Source: Eledone cirrhosa (lineage: Eukaryota). Taken from it: DNA of 64,000 nt. Made by a program: the position numbers and the translations under genes. The notes under the pieces were generated by a model. That model made no database searches and was not told the DNA's origin. It was given only the letters and a program-made list of their open reading frames with translations. Below are positions 1 through 14,210 of the stretch, in pieces. The stretch is taken from assembly GCA_964016885.1 (NCBI GenBank), contig OZ024743.1, positions 311,116,001-311,180,000 on the forward strand. The letters run 5' to 3'. Within the stretch, counting starts at the first letter, position 1. Each line of letters opens with the position of its first letter.

Positions 1-365
1 TGCGAATTAAGCTCACTCGATATGCAAATTAGGCTGTTCAGCCGTTAATATGCACAGGGAAAGTATATACTTTCAGACGTTCAATCATCTGGCAGGAAGG
101 TATACGGTGCTGACGATTACTAATAAGCTTGAAACTAGTACATCGTTCCTTTGTCAGTGTTGAACAAAAGGGCAACGATGGTTGCTAAACACTGTACGGC
201 TTAACTCGGGATGTTTGTTTACAAACAAACCGAGCATTATAATAAATGTTCGGTAAATCCATACGTACATATATATATATATGTGTGCATGTATGTATAT
301 ATATATACATACTACTGTACGTCTGTATACATATATGTATGTACGTATAAATACTTATATATATG
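1..365 (+). mobile_element. Retrozyme-like repeat monomer (partial at window edge) with hammerhead ribozyme
   Basis: Same sequence as the monomers at 45635-46430 and (reverse complement) 57357-59195 and 60575-61200; octamer at 22-29, hammerhead at 104-146. Confidence 0.8.
104..146 (+). ncRNA. Minimal type I hammerhead ribozyme
   Basis: acggtg-CTGACGA-stem II (slightly decayed)-GAAA-ctag-TA-catcgt; stem I acggtg/catcgt pairs; palindromic stem III ACTAGT; GUA cleavage triplet. Confidence 0.75.
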
Positions 366-778
366 TGCGTTACACAGTCTTTTAAATTATTTAGAATTGA
401 AGCATATCAATTTGTCCCTGGATGTTTACTGAGGAGAGCAGGACATGATATTCCTACACTGATTCATCTCGAAACATATTTGGATTTTAAAGTTTAAACT
501 TATCTACGGAACAGGTTTGATTTTGAAATTTAAATGTGTCTAAACATCATAGCCATTTGGCAATGCAGTTCGTCTTTGTTGATTTATTATTTTAAATCGA
601 TATGGACAAACTGTAGTATAATAATTAGTATACTTTATTCTGGCTAAATTTTCTTTTGCAATATAAATACAGATGTGTTGGTATCTGTGTTTCATCATAT
701 ATATTAGTTTATACACGGCTCAGAGGTATTTCCTTCTTCGAGCTAATTCCATTGTAAAAGAATTCATTACACTTAATA

Positions 779-781
779 ATA

Positions 782-856
<75 letters not shown>

Positions 857-929
857 ATATATATATATACGTATGTATGTGTGTATATATATATATGTAT
901 ATATATATATATGTATATATGTATGTATG

Positions 930-1002
<73 letters not shown>

Positions 1003-1009
1003 ATATATG

Positions 1010-1041
<32 letters not shown>

Positions 1042-1155
1042 CGTATGTATGTGTATGTATGCGTATATATATATATATATATAAGTGTGTATGTATGCGT
1101 ATATATATGTATATATAGATGTATGTGTATGTATGTGTATATATGTATAAATATA
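779..1155. repeat. Compound (TA)n/(TATG)n microsatellite, representative of dozens in the window
   Basis: Direct reading; such tracts generate the YIYIYI ORFs. Confidence 0.97.
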
Positions 1156-1327
1156 TAGTATTATATTAGGAGGAGGTTATAGTTCACTTGAAGCATTGTG
1201 TAATGGGGTATAAACGTTTGAATATGTATAATAAAGCCAAAACAATGCAGGTATGGACATAGAAAAAAGAATGCAATTGCAAAAGATATTGTTGATAAAT
1301 CGTCTTTTACCTTAGATTTATTTAAAT

Positions 1328-1366
1328 GTCCTTAATTTTCGAGATAATATCTCTTCTTCAGAGGGA
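1328..1366 (-). ncRNA. Degenerate minimal hammerhead in the 3' region of the Penelope element
   Basis: Reverse complement ttccct-CTGAAGA-a-gagat-att-atctc-GAAA-at-TA-aggac; stem I weak. Confidence 0.5.
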
Positions 1367-1758
1367 AATAAAGGTCTCAAACCAGCGTTCTAAATATCTT
1401 ACCAAGCCATGCTGACAGGAAATAGTATAGAGTATCTGTTCTATCTCTAATGTCAAAGAGTTAAAATTATGTGGATAAAGAGTAGTTTCCCTTTAACAGG
1501 GGTTTGTTTAGGGTTTTTTTTTAATTAATTTTTTTTTTTTTATATACATGCCTGTTTAAGTGTGTGGGAGAATGCATGAAGGTGTAAGTATGTGAGTGTG
1601 TGTGTGTGAGTGTGAGAAGATAAGTCTATTCGTAACTGTGGGAGATAGGTGTTATCTGGTGTTAGAACTGGTTTTGTGTGTGTATGTGTGAGAGAGAATA
1701 AGTGGAGGTGTAAGCGTGTGTGTGTGTGGGGTGTGTAAATATGGGGCTAGAAGCCGTA

Positions 1759-4010
1759 TCAGGTTATAAATTGGGTGCTGAGTTGTAGTCTATTATTGAT
1801 TGGTGGTTGTGTTTTATCTATAATTAGTGATTCCTTAATTCTAAGATTGCCGAGGTTTCTTTCCTTAGTTTCTATCCTAACTGTTATCGTTTTGTCGGTG
1901 TTTTTGCATTTAACTAGGTGTTTCTTAAATGAGGAAGCGTTAGTATTGAGGTGTTCTTTTATTCTTATGTGGAGTGGTCTGGTGGTGCTACCTACGTAGA
2001 AGTTGTTGCATTTTTCACACTCTAGTCTGTATACGACGTAAGCCTGGTGGCATAGGTCTGTGTCGTTGATGGGGCAGTTGGCTAGTCTGCAGCAGTTGTC
2101 ATGTCTGGTGGAGTGTCTTTTGGTTAGCTGTCCGCGTAGAGAAGGACCTGAGTGGGCCAGTTGGATATCTAGTCCCTCTCGTCTGATGGCTCTGCGGATG
2201 GCTGTTGTTGTTTCTTCACTGAAGTGTGGGAGCTTCAGGAAGCAAGTGTTAGTGCCTCGGGTGTGGTGTCCTCTGTTCTTTCTGGCACGGTTTGTGGTGG
2301 ATGTCGTGTATCCGTTCAGTTTGAGTACTTCCAGGAAATGTGTGGTGTGTGTGTCTCGGTCTCTAGCGTCGGTGCATTTGTTCCGGATACGTGCCAGTTC
2401 GTTCTTTATGTATCCGAACTTGGCACCGAGTGGGAGGGCCGATCTGAAATGTACGAACAGGTCGCTGCTGGCGGCTTTTTTATAGAAGCAGGTGTGGATG
2501 CTGCCTTCCTCTGTTACCCTGAGTTGGAAGTTCAGTAGGGATAGGGATCCCCGGTCATCGGGGTGTTCCATGCTGAACTTTATACTGGCGTCCATGCTGG
2601 AGAATGTTGTGTATATTTTATATGCCTCCTCACGGGATGATGTAAGGATGAGTATGTCATCTACATATCGGGTGAAGAAGTCATGGGAGTGGCAGGTGTT
2701 GAGGGCTCGGCATTCTAGCTGGTTCATGTAGGTGATGGCCAGCAGGCCCGATAGGCTGGATCCCATGGGTAATCCTGTTGTCTGTCTGTATATGTGGTGG
2801 TGGAAGGTGAAGTACGTGTTGTCTACTGTGAAGGACAAAAGCTGGTGTATGTCCGTCGGGTGGAGGCCGTACCAGTGGATGTCCTCTGCGACCACGCAGT
2901 CCGTCAATAAATCGACAGCTGGATAAGCGGGGACTGTAGTGTAGAGGGAGACAACGTCTAGGCTAAAAGCGTATTTATTTAGTTTAAGTTGTTCTGGCTG
3001 GAGTTGGTGTAGTCTACGTATAACTTCGTCGGAGCTACTGACATGCCCGGGAAAGGTGAAGAGTAGAGGCTTGAGGACCTGGAAGAAGAGCCAGGAAATT
3101 TTGTATAGGGGTCCTTCTATGCTAGAGACGATGGGTCTTATTTGCGTCTTAGTACTATTCTTGTGGGTCTTGATGAGGTGGTAGAAAGTGGGCAGTCTGC
3201 TATTTCTAGTGGTGTAGTTGAGCTTAACTTTATTTGGGAGTTGTCTTCTCCTACAGATATCGAACCAAATGGAGTTGGTCTGTTTTTCGATCTGGGCTGC
3301 AGTCATGTCCGGGATCTCTGTGTATAATTCATTGTCGCTTAGGTGTTCAAAGGCTAGGTTATTGTATGTGGCTTGAGAGATGATGCAAAACTCTTTACCT
3401 TTGTCGGATGGTAAGTATATAAGTTCCCTATTCCGTAGGTTGTTCAGGGCGAGTTGTTGTGTCCTGGAGAGGTTTGGGGCTATCGTCTTCTGTTTCCGTA
3501 AGATGTTAAATACGGAATGTTTTAGACTCGAGAGTTTTTCTTCAAGCTAGCGGTTGGCAGGCGACGGAGAGAGTGGGCGATCTATTTGGTATATCGGGAA
3601 TCTGGGTTTGATGGATTCCGTGGTGTTGTTGTCGAGAGTCGATATCCATTTTAGTTGGTAGGCAGCCCGACAGAAATTCGTTTCTATGTCGAGCCATAAT
3701 TTGTCGTCCAGTCTCTGTTTCAATATGAACTTGGGACCCAGGCTGAGGAGGTCTAATTCCTCTCGAGAGAGGTATCCTGTCAAGTCTGTGACGAGGTGTT
3801 TTGCGTCAGGTGTGTTGTTGGTCGGGGCGCCGCTAGGTTCGGTGTTGGTACCGTCTTGTTCACCTCTGTTGATGTTTAGAGTTGGGATGTTGTTAAGACA
3901 GTTGGTCGTCCTGAGTTTGAGGAATTGTTGCGTTAGTCGTATTTTCTCGTAGTCTCGGCGATGGTGGTATGACCTGTCTATAGTGGCGGAGATGACTCTG
4001 GACAGAGGTT
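1759..4010 (-). pseudogene. Penelope-like RT/GIY-YIG ORF with one in-frame TAG (3547-3549)
   Basis: LLSLGPKF, PSDKGKEF, RPIVS, SLDVVSLYT, GLPMGSSLS, RYVDDIL; GIY-YIG VVYRLECEKCNNFYVGSTTRPLHIRIKEH. ORFs 3547-3783 and 1759-3306 are in the same frame and the frame stays open upstream to ~4010. Confidence 0.9.
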
Positions 4011-4079
4011 CTATTATTATTATTATTACTATTATACTTAGGGAAGGTGATGCTACCTATAAAAAGACACGTATCAATG

Positions 4080-4308
4080 GTTTTCACTTGAATTTATTAT
4101 AAATTTCCTGTTGGTTGGTTAGTTAGTTCGATAACCGGTGGTTGTTTATATATATTGCCAAAGATCTTTCCTCAGTGACTGGGTGTTTATTTTTGTCTCT
4201 TTTTTGCTCTGCCCTACACCATCTTGTTTTTGTGACGATATATAAACAACCATCCGGTTATCGCACCAACCAACCAACCGGAAATTTTAAATAAATTGAA
4301 GTGAAAAT
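4080..4308. repeat. Imperfect inverted repeat (MITE-like or pLTR fold-back)
   Basis: ttttcacttgaatttat...gataaccggtggttgtttatata (4080-4155) is the reverse complement of tatataaacaaccatccggttatc...aaattgaagtgaaaa (4240-4308). Confidence 0.7.
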
Positions 4309-4417
4309 AAATAGGTACTTGTGTTTTTATTGGCAGGATGACCTTGCAAAAGTATAATAATATCTTTTTCAACACACGTTTTTCGATAAGAATTCTTGCA
4401 ACACAAATTGAAAAACG

Positions 4418-4444
<27 letters not shown>

Positions 4445-4448
<4 letters not shown>

Positions 4449-4910
4449 ACGAAGGAAATGTGGTAAGGAACCAGGTGGACTATAACGCAAGGGAATAGTA
4501 ACCAGAAATTGTTTTTTTTTTATATTTTTAACATTCTTGGTATTCTTCTTTATATTTACTCCATATTGATTTACTTGTTGTTTCGACTTCCTCCCCCTCC
4601 CTAGTATACATGCTTGACCTCCTGCCCTGCTGTAGTTGGCACTATCAACGCACGACTGGGTTTCCTCAACTCCCTCTCCCTCTCTCTTCTACTGGCAGAT
4701 TCAGTTAACCCTTCCTTCCACAAATTGCCATGATAGAATTATGTCTCAACAACAAACTTTTGACCAATCCTTGTGACAATCACTTTTACCATATATGGAA
4801 TTACCTCCTGAGAAGCACTGCTATTCATATACCAGGATAAAAATTTTCATTTAGTCCAGAATTAGCCGTCGAAACGGCTTGAGCTCAACCGTCGGGGTCC
4901 TACTCGTTCC

Positions 4911-4912
<2 letters not shown>
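4445..4912 (+). mobile_element. ORF-less Penelope-type pLTR remnant with hammerhead (4803-4898)
   Basis: Homologous to 52606-53460; acctc-CTGAGAA...tagccgtc-GAAA-cggct...aaccg-TC-ggggt. Confidence 0.65.
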
Positions 4913-4971
<59 letters not shown>

Positions 4972-4975
4972 ATAT

Positions 4976-6781
<1,806 letters not shown>

Positions 6782-6808
6782 ATATATATATATATGTATG
6801 TATGTATG

Positions 6809-6846
<38 letters not shown>

Positions 6847-6848
6847 TG

Positions 6849-6965
<117 letters not shown>

Positions 6966-6966
6966 G

Positions 6967-7050
<84 letters not shown>

Positions 7051-7056
7051 TTTGAA

Positions 7057-7317
7057 GGCGCATGGCCTAGTGTTTAGAGCATTGGGCTTGCAATCGAAAG
7101 GTTGTGAGTTCAATTCTCGGACCGGGTGATGTGTTGTTTCCTTGAGCAAGACACTTTATTTCACGTTGCTCCAGTTTACTCAGCTGTAGAAATGAGATCA
7201 GTAGGTCCTGGCCTGCTCGCCCAGCCAGTGGGATGGCGTTATCTTATGGCTAAAACAGCACGAAAAGTGGCGCCGAATGGACGCCCGACAGACTGGTCGG
7301 TCAAGGTGATCAAGGTG

Positions 7318-7320
<3 letters not shown>
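7057..7320 (+). mobile_element. tRNA-derived SINE with LINE-like 3' tail ending in TA
   Basis: A-box tggcctagtgtt, B-box gagttcaattc, body ccttgagcaagacacttt; tail ggtcggtcaaggtgatcaaggtga also at 49027-49120 (minus). Confidence 0.8.
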
Positions 7321-7364
<44 letters not shown>

Positions 7365-7546
7365 CGGACTTCTGCTGTTTCCATCTACCAAATTTACCCA
7401 ACCCAAAGCTTTTATCAAAGGTATCACGCAGTTTGAAGGAACCTGAAACCACGTCATTGCTAAGGTAAATCCCTAATCACAGAGGCATATATGCGAGAAC
7501 AATTTAGAGAATAAAATATCAAGCTGTTATATATATTTTTGCTGAC

Positions 7547-7755
7547 CTTATCTTTCCACGTATCATTCATATACTTGTGTAGAAGATGAGCAAATTCATG
7601 AGTGAGGATATTCTCTGTGCCTTGATAAATATCGGTTGGTAAGCAAAGAACTGATTCCATATTGGATAGACTAATTTCGTTGGTTAAACCAGCAACTTCT
7701 GAATATTTCCTACCATCGAATGTACACGTGTTATTGCAAATACCGTCACACGTCT
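7547..7755 (-). CDS. Exon of host zinc metallopeptidase-like gene (HEXXH motif)
   Basis: Polypyrimidine tract and ttgcag acceptor; AAG|gtcagc donor; (E)TCDGICNNTCTFDGRKYSEVAGLTNEISLSNMESVLCLPTDIYQGTENILTHEFAHLLHKYMNDTWKDK. Confidence 0.85.
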
Positions 7756-8154
7756 CTGCAAAAATGAAAAGAAATAACTTACATTTCAAATATATATTGT
7801 GCTGACAAAGCCCTGAAGTTTTGGGGGCAGACACAATAGTCTGAACACTAAGCCACACACTTTCACTAGTGAATTCACTACAAATTGCAGCAGTACTACT
7901 ATGTCACTAAACATTCGTTGGACCTGCATAGAAAAATCATCAACAGATTGTATATTCATTTGTTGTATCTGCATGTTAGCATTAATAAATGTTTTAAGTG
8001 AGGTCATTTGATCTTCTACCATTGAATCTAGTATCACAGAACCCTGTCATTGATTCACTGATGGGTTTGATGTCATTGAGTTGTTACACTGATCTTGAAA
8101 GGTAGTTAGATTAGAAGGATTTGATGGATGTGAACTACTTGTAGGATTATTTGA

Positions 8155-11100
8155 GTAAAATATTTGAAAAACTTTCAGGATAAAATTTGAGGAAAATATT
8201 TTAACAATTTTAAGGAAACTTTTAAAGAATGTTTTTTTTTTTTTGAAAGCTTTTGCAAATTTTGTGAAAGCTTTTGAAATATTTGAGAGGAATTTCAAAG
8301 AAAATTTAGTTGAAGATGTTTGAACATTTTGAGAAACATTTCCAAGAAAAAATGTTTCATACAACTTCTTTTCGTGGAAATATTTAAGAAAGATTTTAGA
8401 GAAAAGAATTAAGAAATTTTCTCGAGAACATCTTGATAAAAATTGTGGAAAATATCTCAACAATGTTCAGGAAAATTTTAATGAAAGATTTTAGGAAAAC
8501 CTTTGCAATTTTGGGATACGTTTTGAGTAGAATTTTAAAGAAAATTTTAGAAATATTTTAAGGAAAATTTCGAAAGCATTGTGAGGAATATTTTGGAGAA
8601 ACGCTTTAAATTTTTTAAAAAACAAAATTATAATAATTATGAGAGGATATTTGTTGAAATGTTTTATAAAATTTGGCGAAATATATTTATTAAGGTTTGG
8701 GGAGAGTTTTGAGCAAAACATTTGAAAGATTTGTGGAAACTTTTGAAGGAAATTCGGTTGAAACTTTCTCAAAAATATTTTCATAAAATATTTTTTAAAA
8801 TTTAAGATAATATTTGAAAACATTTCAGAAAAACTTTCAAGAAATTTTCGGGAAAACTTTTGCAATTTTTGCGAAGGCCTTTAAAGAAAATTTCGTTGAA
8901 AATGTTAGAAAGATTTTGAGAATTATTTTAATGAAAATTTTGAAAACATTGTGAGGAATATTTTTGAAGAAACAATTTAAATTTAAATAAACAAAATTGA
9001 TAATAATTACGAGGGGATATTTCTTGAAACTTTTTAGAAAATTTTGGCAAAATATGTTTTAGTACATTTTAGGAAGATTTCGAGAGAAAAATGTTAAATT
9101 TTTATGGAAAATTTTGGAGAAAGATTTTGTTGAAATTTTCGGTAAGATATTTTGATAAATTTTAAGAAACGTTTAAGTAAAATATTTCAGAAATTTTTAC
9201 AAAAATGTTAATGTAACTTTTTAGGTAAACGTTTGCAATTTTTGTGAAAATGTTTCAAAATTTTGAGAATTTAATGAATATTTCATTGCAGATGTTAGAA
9301 TAATTTTGAGAAACATTTTAATGAAAGTTTTGTAAACGTTGTTTGGAATATTATTTGTAGAACGCTTTAAATTTTTGAAAAGATAACTTGATAGTAACTA
9401 TGAGAGGACATTTGCTGCAAGGTTTTATAACATATTAGCGAAATATTTCTAGTATATTTTAAGGGTATTTTGAGACAAAATTTGACAAAATAGTAGAACA
9501 TTTTGAGAGAATTTTTGTAAAACTTATCTAAATATTTTGTTAAAATACTTTGGTAAAATATCAAGAAACATTTCAGGAAAATATTTGATATATTTTCAGG
9601 AAGAATTTAAAGAAAGTTTTTATGAAAACTTTTGCAAAAGCTTTGAAAAAGTAGAGTTAAATTATAAAGGAAATTTCGTTGCTGATATTTGAATAAATTT
9701 GATAAAATCTTAGAACAGAATTCAAGAAATATTTTTGAAAAACATTTTCATATAATTTGAAGAAAATATCGGAACAATTTTCGAGAAAGTTTAGAGTGAA
9801 GTTTAAAGAAAAGTTTCACAATTTATGTGAAAATTTTGTAAGTTTTGAAAAGAATTCTAAAGACTATTTTGTTGAAGATGCTAGATTAATTTTGAGAAAT
9901 ATTTTAATGAAAATTTTGAAAACATTTTCAGGGATATTTTTGAAGAAACGTTTTAAATGATTGAAAGGAATCTTGATAATGATAATTGTTTCTACTTTTG
10001 GCACAAGGCCAGCAGGATTTGAACTCAGAATGGAAAGGGCAGTAACTCTATGCATCAAAGTATGGCGTCCGACCCTCTACCGATACTGCCAATCCACCGC
10101 CTTTGATAATAATAATTGTTTCTACTTTTGGCACAAGGCCAGCAATTACCCAGTGTATTACTGATACTTTATGTTATCGACCTTGTAAGAATGAAAGGCA
10201 AAGTTAACCTCGGCCCTTGATAATAATAATGAGAGGCTATTTGTTGAAACGTTTTATGAAGTTTTGGCGAAAAATGTTAGTACACTTTCAGGAAAATTTT
10301 GAGAAAAACCTTTGAAAGGTTTCTGAAAAGTTTTGGTGAGAAATTCTGTTGACATTTTTAACAAAGATATGAGGAAAATATAGAAATGTTTTAGGAAAGC
10401 TTTTGAAAATGTGTGACAATATATAAACAACCATCCGAGTTAAATCATAATGGAAAATTTTTGAAGAAAAGATTGGAGAATGTATGGAAAATTATTGAGA
10501 GAAATTCTGTTGAAAATTTCTTGAAAATATTTTGATAAGATTTTAAAAACAAATTGAGAAAATTATTTGAAAAATTTTCAAGAAAATTATGAAGAAAGTT
10601 TTTAGAACTTTAGTAATATTTCTGAAAACTTTTCAAAATTTTCAGAGGAATTTTAAAGAAAATTTCGTTGAAGATGTTTTTAAAATTTTCAGAAATATTT
10701 CAAAGAAAATTTTATCAAGCTTTTTTATTTTGAAAATTTTTTTTAAGTTTTAAAGAAACATTCTGGAAAACATTTTCATAAAATTTGAAGAATCAAGAAT
10801 ATTTTTTAATTTTTAGCAAATATATTGGAATATTTTAAAAAGTTTTGAGAAACATTTCCAGGAAAAATTTCGCAAATTTATTCAACCGCTTTTATTGTGT
10901 GAAATAATTCTATTTTGAAAGAAAATTTTAGAAATTTCTTTGAAGATATTTTTTAAAATTTGAGAAACATTTTAAAGAACATTTTGAAAATTTCTTCAAT
11001 CATCTTCCTTTTGTGAAAGTTTTTAAGTGAAATTTTGAGAAGAATTTTAAAGAAAATTTCGATGAATATGTTTGAATAATATTGATAAACATTTGAAAGA

Positions 11101-11965
11101 ATTTTGAATTTTAATTAATATTTTCACAAGAATTTTAAAAGAAATTTCCTTGAAGATGTTTGCAATTTTTTAGAAATATTTTGAAAAACTTTTCTGATTT
11201 TCTTTTTAAACCTCTTCATTTTGTGATAATGTTTAAGTAAAATTTTAGAAAAAGAAAATCAAAACTTTTCTCGAAAACATTTTGATAAAATTTGCGGTAT
11301 TTGAACAATTTCATGAAAATATTTGTGAAATTAAAAAAACAAATTTAAGAATTTTGAAAAAAATTTCGTTGAATATGTTTGAATAATTTTGATAAACATT
11401 TTAAAGAAAGTTTTGAAAGAATTTTTATGAATATTTTGGAAGAAACGCTTTAAATTTTCGAAATAACACTTCATAATAATTATGAGAGGATATTCATTGA
11501 AACTTTTATAAAACTTTGGGGAAATATTTTTATTAAATTTGAGGAAAAGTTTGAGAAAAACACCTGAAATTTTGCGGAATTTTATTAAGAGGAAATTTGT
11601 TGAAATTTTCTCTAACATATATTGGTAAATTTTCGTTAAAGGAGTTTGAAAATTTTGAGAAACATTTTAAAGAAAATTTTCTCAAATCTAAAGTAAATTT
11701 TAAGAAAATAAATCAAGAAATTTTCTCGAAAATATTTTCATAAAATTTGAAGAAAATATTTGAGAAAATTTCAGGAAAAGACATTTTTAAGGAAAATCTT
11801 TCTCAAAATTATTTTTACACCTTCAATGAAATTTTCTTTAAAATTCTTTTCAAAGTTTTCAAAACTTTTTACAAAAATTACAACAATTTTCCTAATTTTT
11901 TGTTGATATTTTCTCGAAAATATTTTGATAAACGTTTATAGAAAGTTTTGAGGAAAATATTTGAA
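8155..11965. repeat. ~3.8 kb degenerate AT-rich satellite-like array
   Basis: Recurrent motifs such as tttgagaaacattttaaagaaaatttcgttgaagatgttt and gagaggatatttgttgaaa; SINE pieces inserted at ~9985-10215. Confidence 0.8.
9985..10215 (-). mobile_element. Octopus-type SINE, rearranged
   Basis: Head ggcggtggattggcagtatcggtagagggtcggacgcc and tail ctggccttgtgccaaaagtagaaacaat, both reverse-complemented; tail duplicated. Confidence 0.75.
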
Positions 11966-12447
11966 CGAGTTGGAACGAGTTGGAACGTGCTGTGTATATA
12001 TTGAGTCAGTATCATTTACTTTGAATCAGCTCAACCTTGTTTGTGTAATTGGTTAGACGCAAACTGAATGTCCATTTGATAGACTGTACCCGAAATAAGC
12101 ACAAGCCTTGTCACATGCATTGCCACGCTGAATTTCCTTACAAATTACGCTGTGGATCACGTGTCTGTAGAATACTTAACTACTTGCAAAACAGACAGTT
12201 CCGTTGATAAAATAAATTGGAATATGCATCGTCGTATTAGTGTATAGCAAGGCTGGATCGTCGTTTCAATTACATTTTTTCTAAGGTGAGTTGGCTGTAG
12301 CAACATAAAATTAAGTGCTTTACCGAAGGACAATACGTACCACTGGAAATTGAACTCATAATAATAGGCGAAACATCTTAACTACTAAACCACGTGCCTT
12401 CACGCTTTAAGAGTATACAATAATATATTTGAAGTTACTAGCTTGGA

Positions 12448-12552
12448 GATCCAGTCGGACCAATTGGAGATGATTGCTGCTGACGGGACCCACTGGAAGG
12501 GGTGTTTGAGGACTCAGCCCTCGCGATTCTCAGAGGAAGAAGAAGAAGAAGA
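12448..12552 (+). mobile_element. RTE/L2-like LINE 3' end with (GAA)n tail
   Basis: Similar to 42060-42270 on the minus strand (ctgctgacgggacccactggaaggggtgtttgagga). Confidence 0.5.
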
Positions 12553-12594
12553 CTATTGAAAGCTTTAATACTGATGTATATTCCATTTACTGAA

Positions 12595-12865
12595 GGCTCG
12601 TGGCTTTGTGATTAGAGTGTTAGGATCACGATCGTAAGGTTGTGAGTTCGATTCCCGATGGAGCATTATGTTTTTAACCATGTCACCTTATGTTACATCG
12701 CTCTAGTGCACTGATCTGAAAAACATTGGATGTATCTGTAATTCAAAGACCAAGCCTAATCAAACTTTGTGTGACGCTAAATCGCCATGGGAATTACGTC
12801 AATATTACACGTGCCTGTGGAATGCTGAATCACCTGCATATCAATTTCAAGTGTAGGCTGAACAA
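12595..12865 (+). mobile_element. Decayed tRNA-derived SINE
   Basis: ggctcgtggct...gagttcgattcc; body shared with 30757-31090 and 35293-35610. Confidence 0.65.
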
Positions 12866-13827
12866 CAACTGAAATAATTATTCTCAGAACTTGCTTAGTT
12901 GTAAAAACTAAAAATAGTAAAATTTGTCAAATTTTTTCTCTAGATTTAGAAATATACTTGATAAATTATAGAAGTTTACCAGCAAAAACGAAATAAAAAA
13001 TATCATATGCAACATTGTTTGCAGTTTGTTTCATAATTTCATGAAATATAATAACTTTTGAAGTGTTCAACTATTTTGCTTTGTTTTGATTTACTTTCCA
13101 ATTGCTGGCCTTGTGCCTAAATAAGAAACCATTATATATACACATAAGGCGGTGGATTGGCAGTAATCGGTAGATGGTCGGACATTCAAAATTCCATTTT
13201 GAAAATTTCTAAACTAAAGAAAGAATGAAATGAGTTCCATATCCAATTCTAAATATTTCAGATAATTCAGAGGTTGTAAAATGTTGAACGAGTGATACTT
13301 ATACAGTTAGTAGCTTTCTATAAATATATATCATGTTGTTGTTGGATTTCTCTCAGTTCCAATGACAAATGTTTCAATTGTTTGATCATTTGAACAGCCT
13401 GCTAGTAAAATTAACGTGCAAGTGGTTGAGCATTTTACAATAACATGTAGATTTAACGTAGTTTTCAGGAAAATTCCTTGGATAGTCAATTTGTGACAAA
13501 ACTGATCAATTACAAATGCAATTCACTTTTTCTAGTCCTGTTGAATATAACAATTGTAAGTAAAGTGACTTACTCAAAGACACAACGTACCTGTTCGGCA
13601 ATCAAAGGTACGACCTTACAATCGTGCGGCGAACACGCTAAGTGATCAGCTACGTGCCATAACTGTAAAATGTGAAGACTGAGTGATATAATTAAATCGT
13701 ATAAGTATATATCAAGTAGGAACAGTCTAACAACTGAGCCACACACCTTCACAATAAGATAGTAAGAGGTTGGGGTTGTGGTTAGAGTTGAAGTTAGGGC
13801 TGGGGTTGGGGTTAGAGGTTTACTTAC

Positions 13828-13981
13828 CGAAGCATTCAGGTTTGTCAACCAAATCAGCATTCTCTGGATATACCGTCAATGTCTCGGCTATGGTAAATAG
13901 ACCAACACCATGAGAGTGTGAAACATTCACGAACAACTCTCTCGGCATGTACTGTGTGATCTTGGAAAGGGTTAAACATGT
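13828..13981 (-). CDS. Upstream exon of the HEXXH metallopeptidase-like gene
   Basis: ttcgttcag acceptor, G|gtaagt donor, 154 nt open frame TCLTLSKITQYMPRELFVNVSHSHGVGLFTIAETLTVYPENADLVDKPECF; phase-1 end matches the phase of exon 7547-7755 (G+AG=Glu). Confidence 0.85.
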
Positions 13982-14166
13982 CTGAACGAATGAAACAAAA
14001 TCACATTTTATCGATTCATGTATAAAAAAACAAGCTTTTGATCTTAAGAAGAGAAAAAAATTATTTTGAAAGGAAAGAACAAATTACGTTTGATTTAAAC
14101 ATTTTCTTTTTTCTCAGAAGACAGTAGGTCAAAGATTGTGTAGTACTTATAACCTCATATATATAC

Positions 14167-14210
<44 letters not shown>

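Larger units (their letters stand above)
1155..4011 (-). mobile_element. Penelope-like retroelement, 5'-truncated
   Basis: RT plus C-terminal GIY-YIG ORF; 3' UTR with hammerhead-like motif at 1328-1366; ends in a TA tract; 5' break at (ATT)n near 4011. Confidence 0.92.

Noticed and set aside
424-486. CTGAGGA-gag...ctc-GAAA-cata-TT motif
   Set aside because: Stems I and III depend on several G.U pairs or mismatches; too weak to call
7057-7130. tRNA gene
   Set aside because: A/B boxes run into a SINE body; no complete cloverleaf
7786-8155. Coding-looking stretch on the minus strand just upstream of the HEXXH exon
   Set aside because: Contains a stop, no clear splice sites, no recognisable domain; probably a TE relic
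13770-13820. G-rich ttaggg/tggggt repeats resembling telomeric or G-quadruplex sequence
   Set aside because: Short and degenerate; insufficient to call an interstitial telomere
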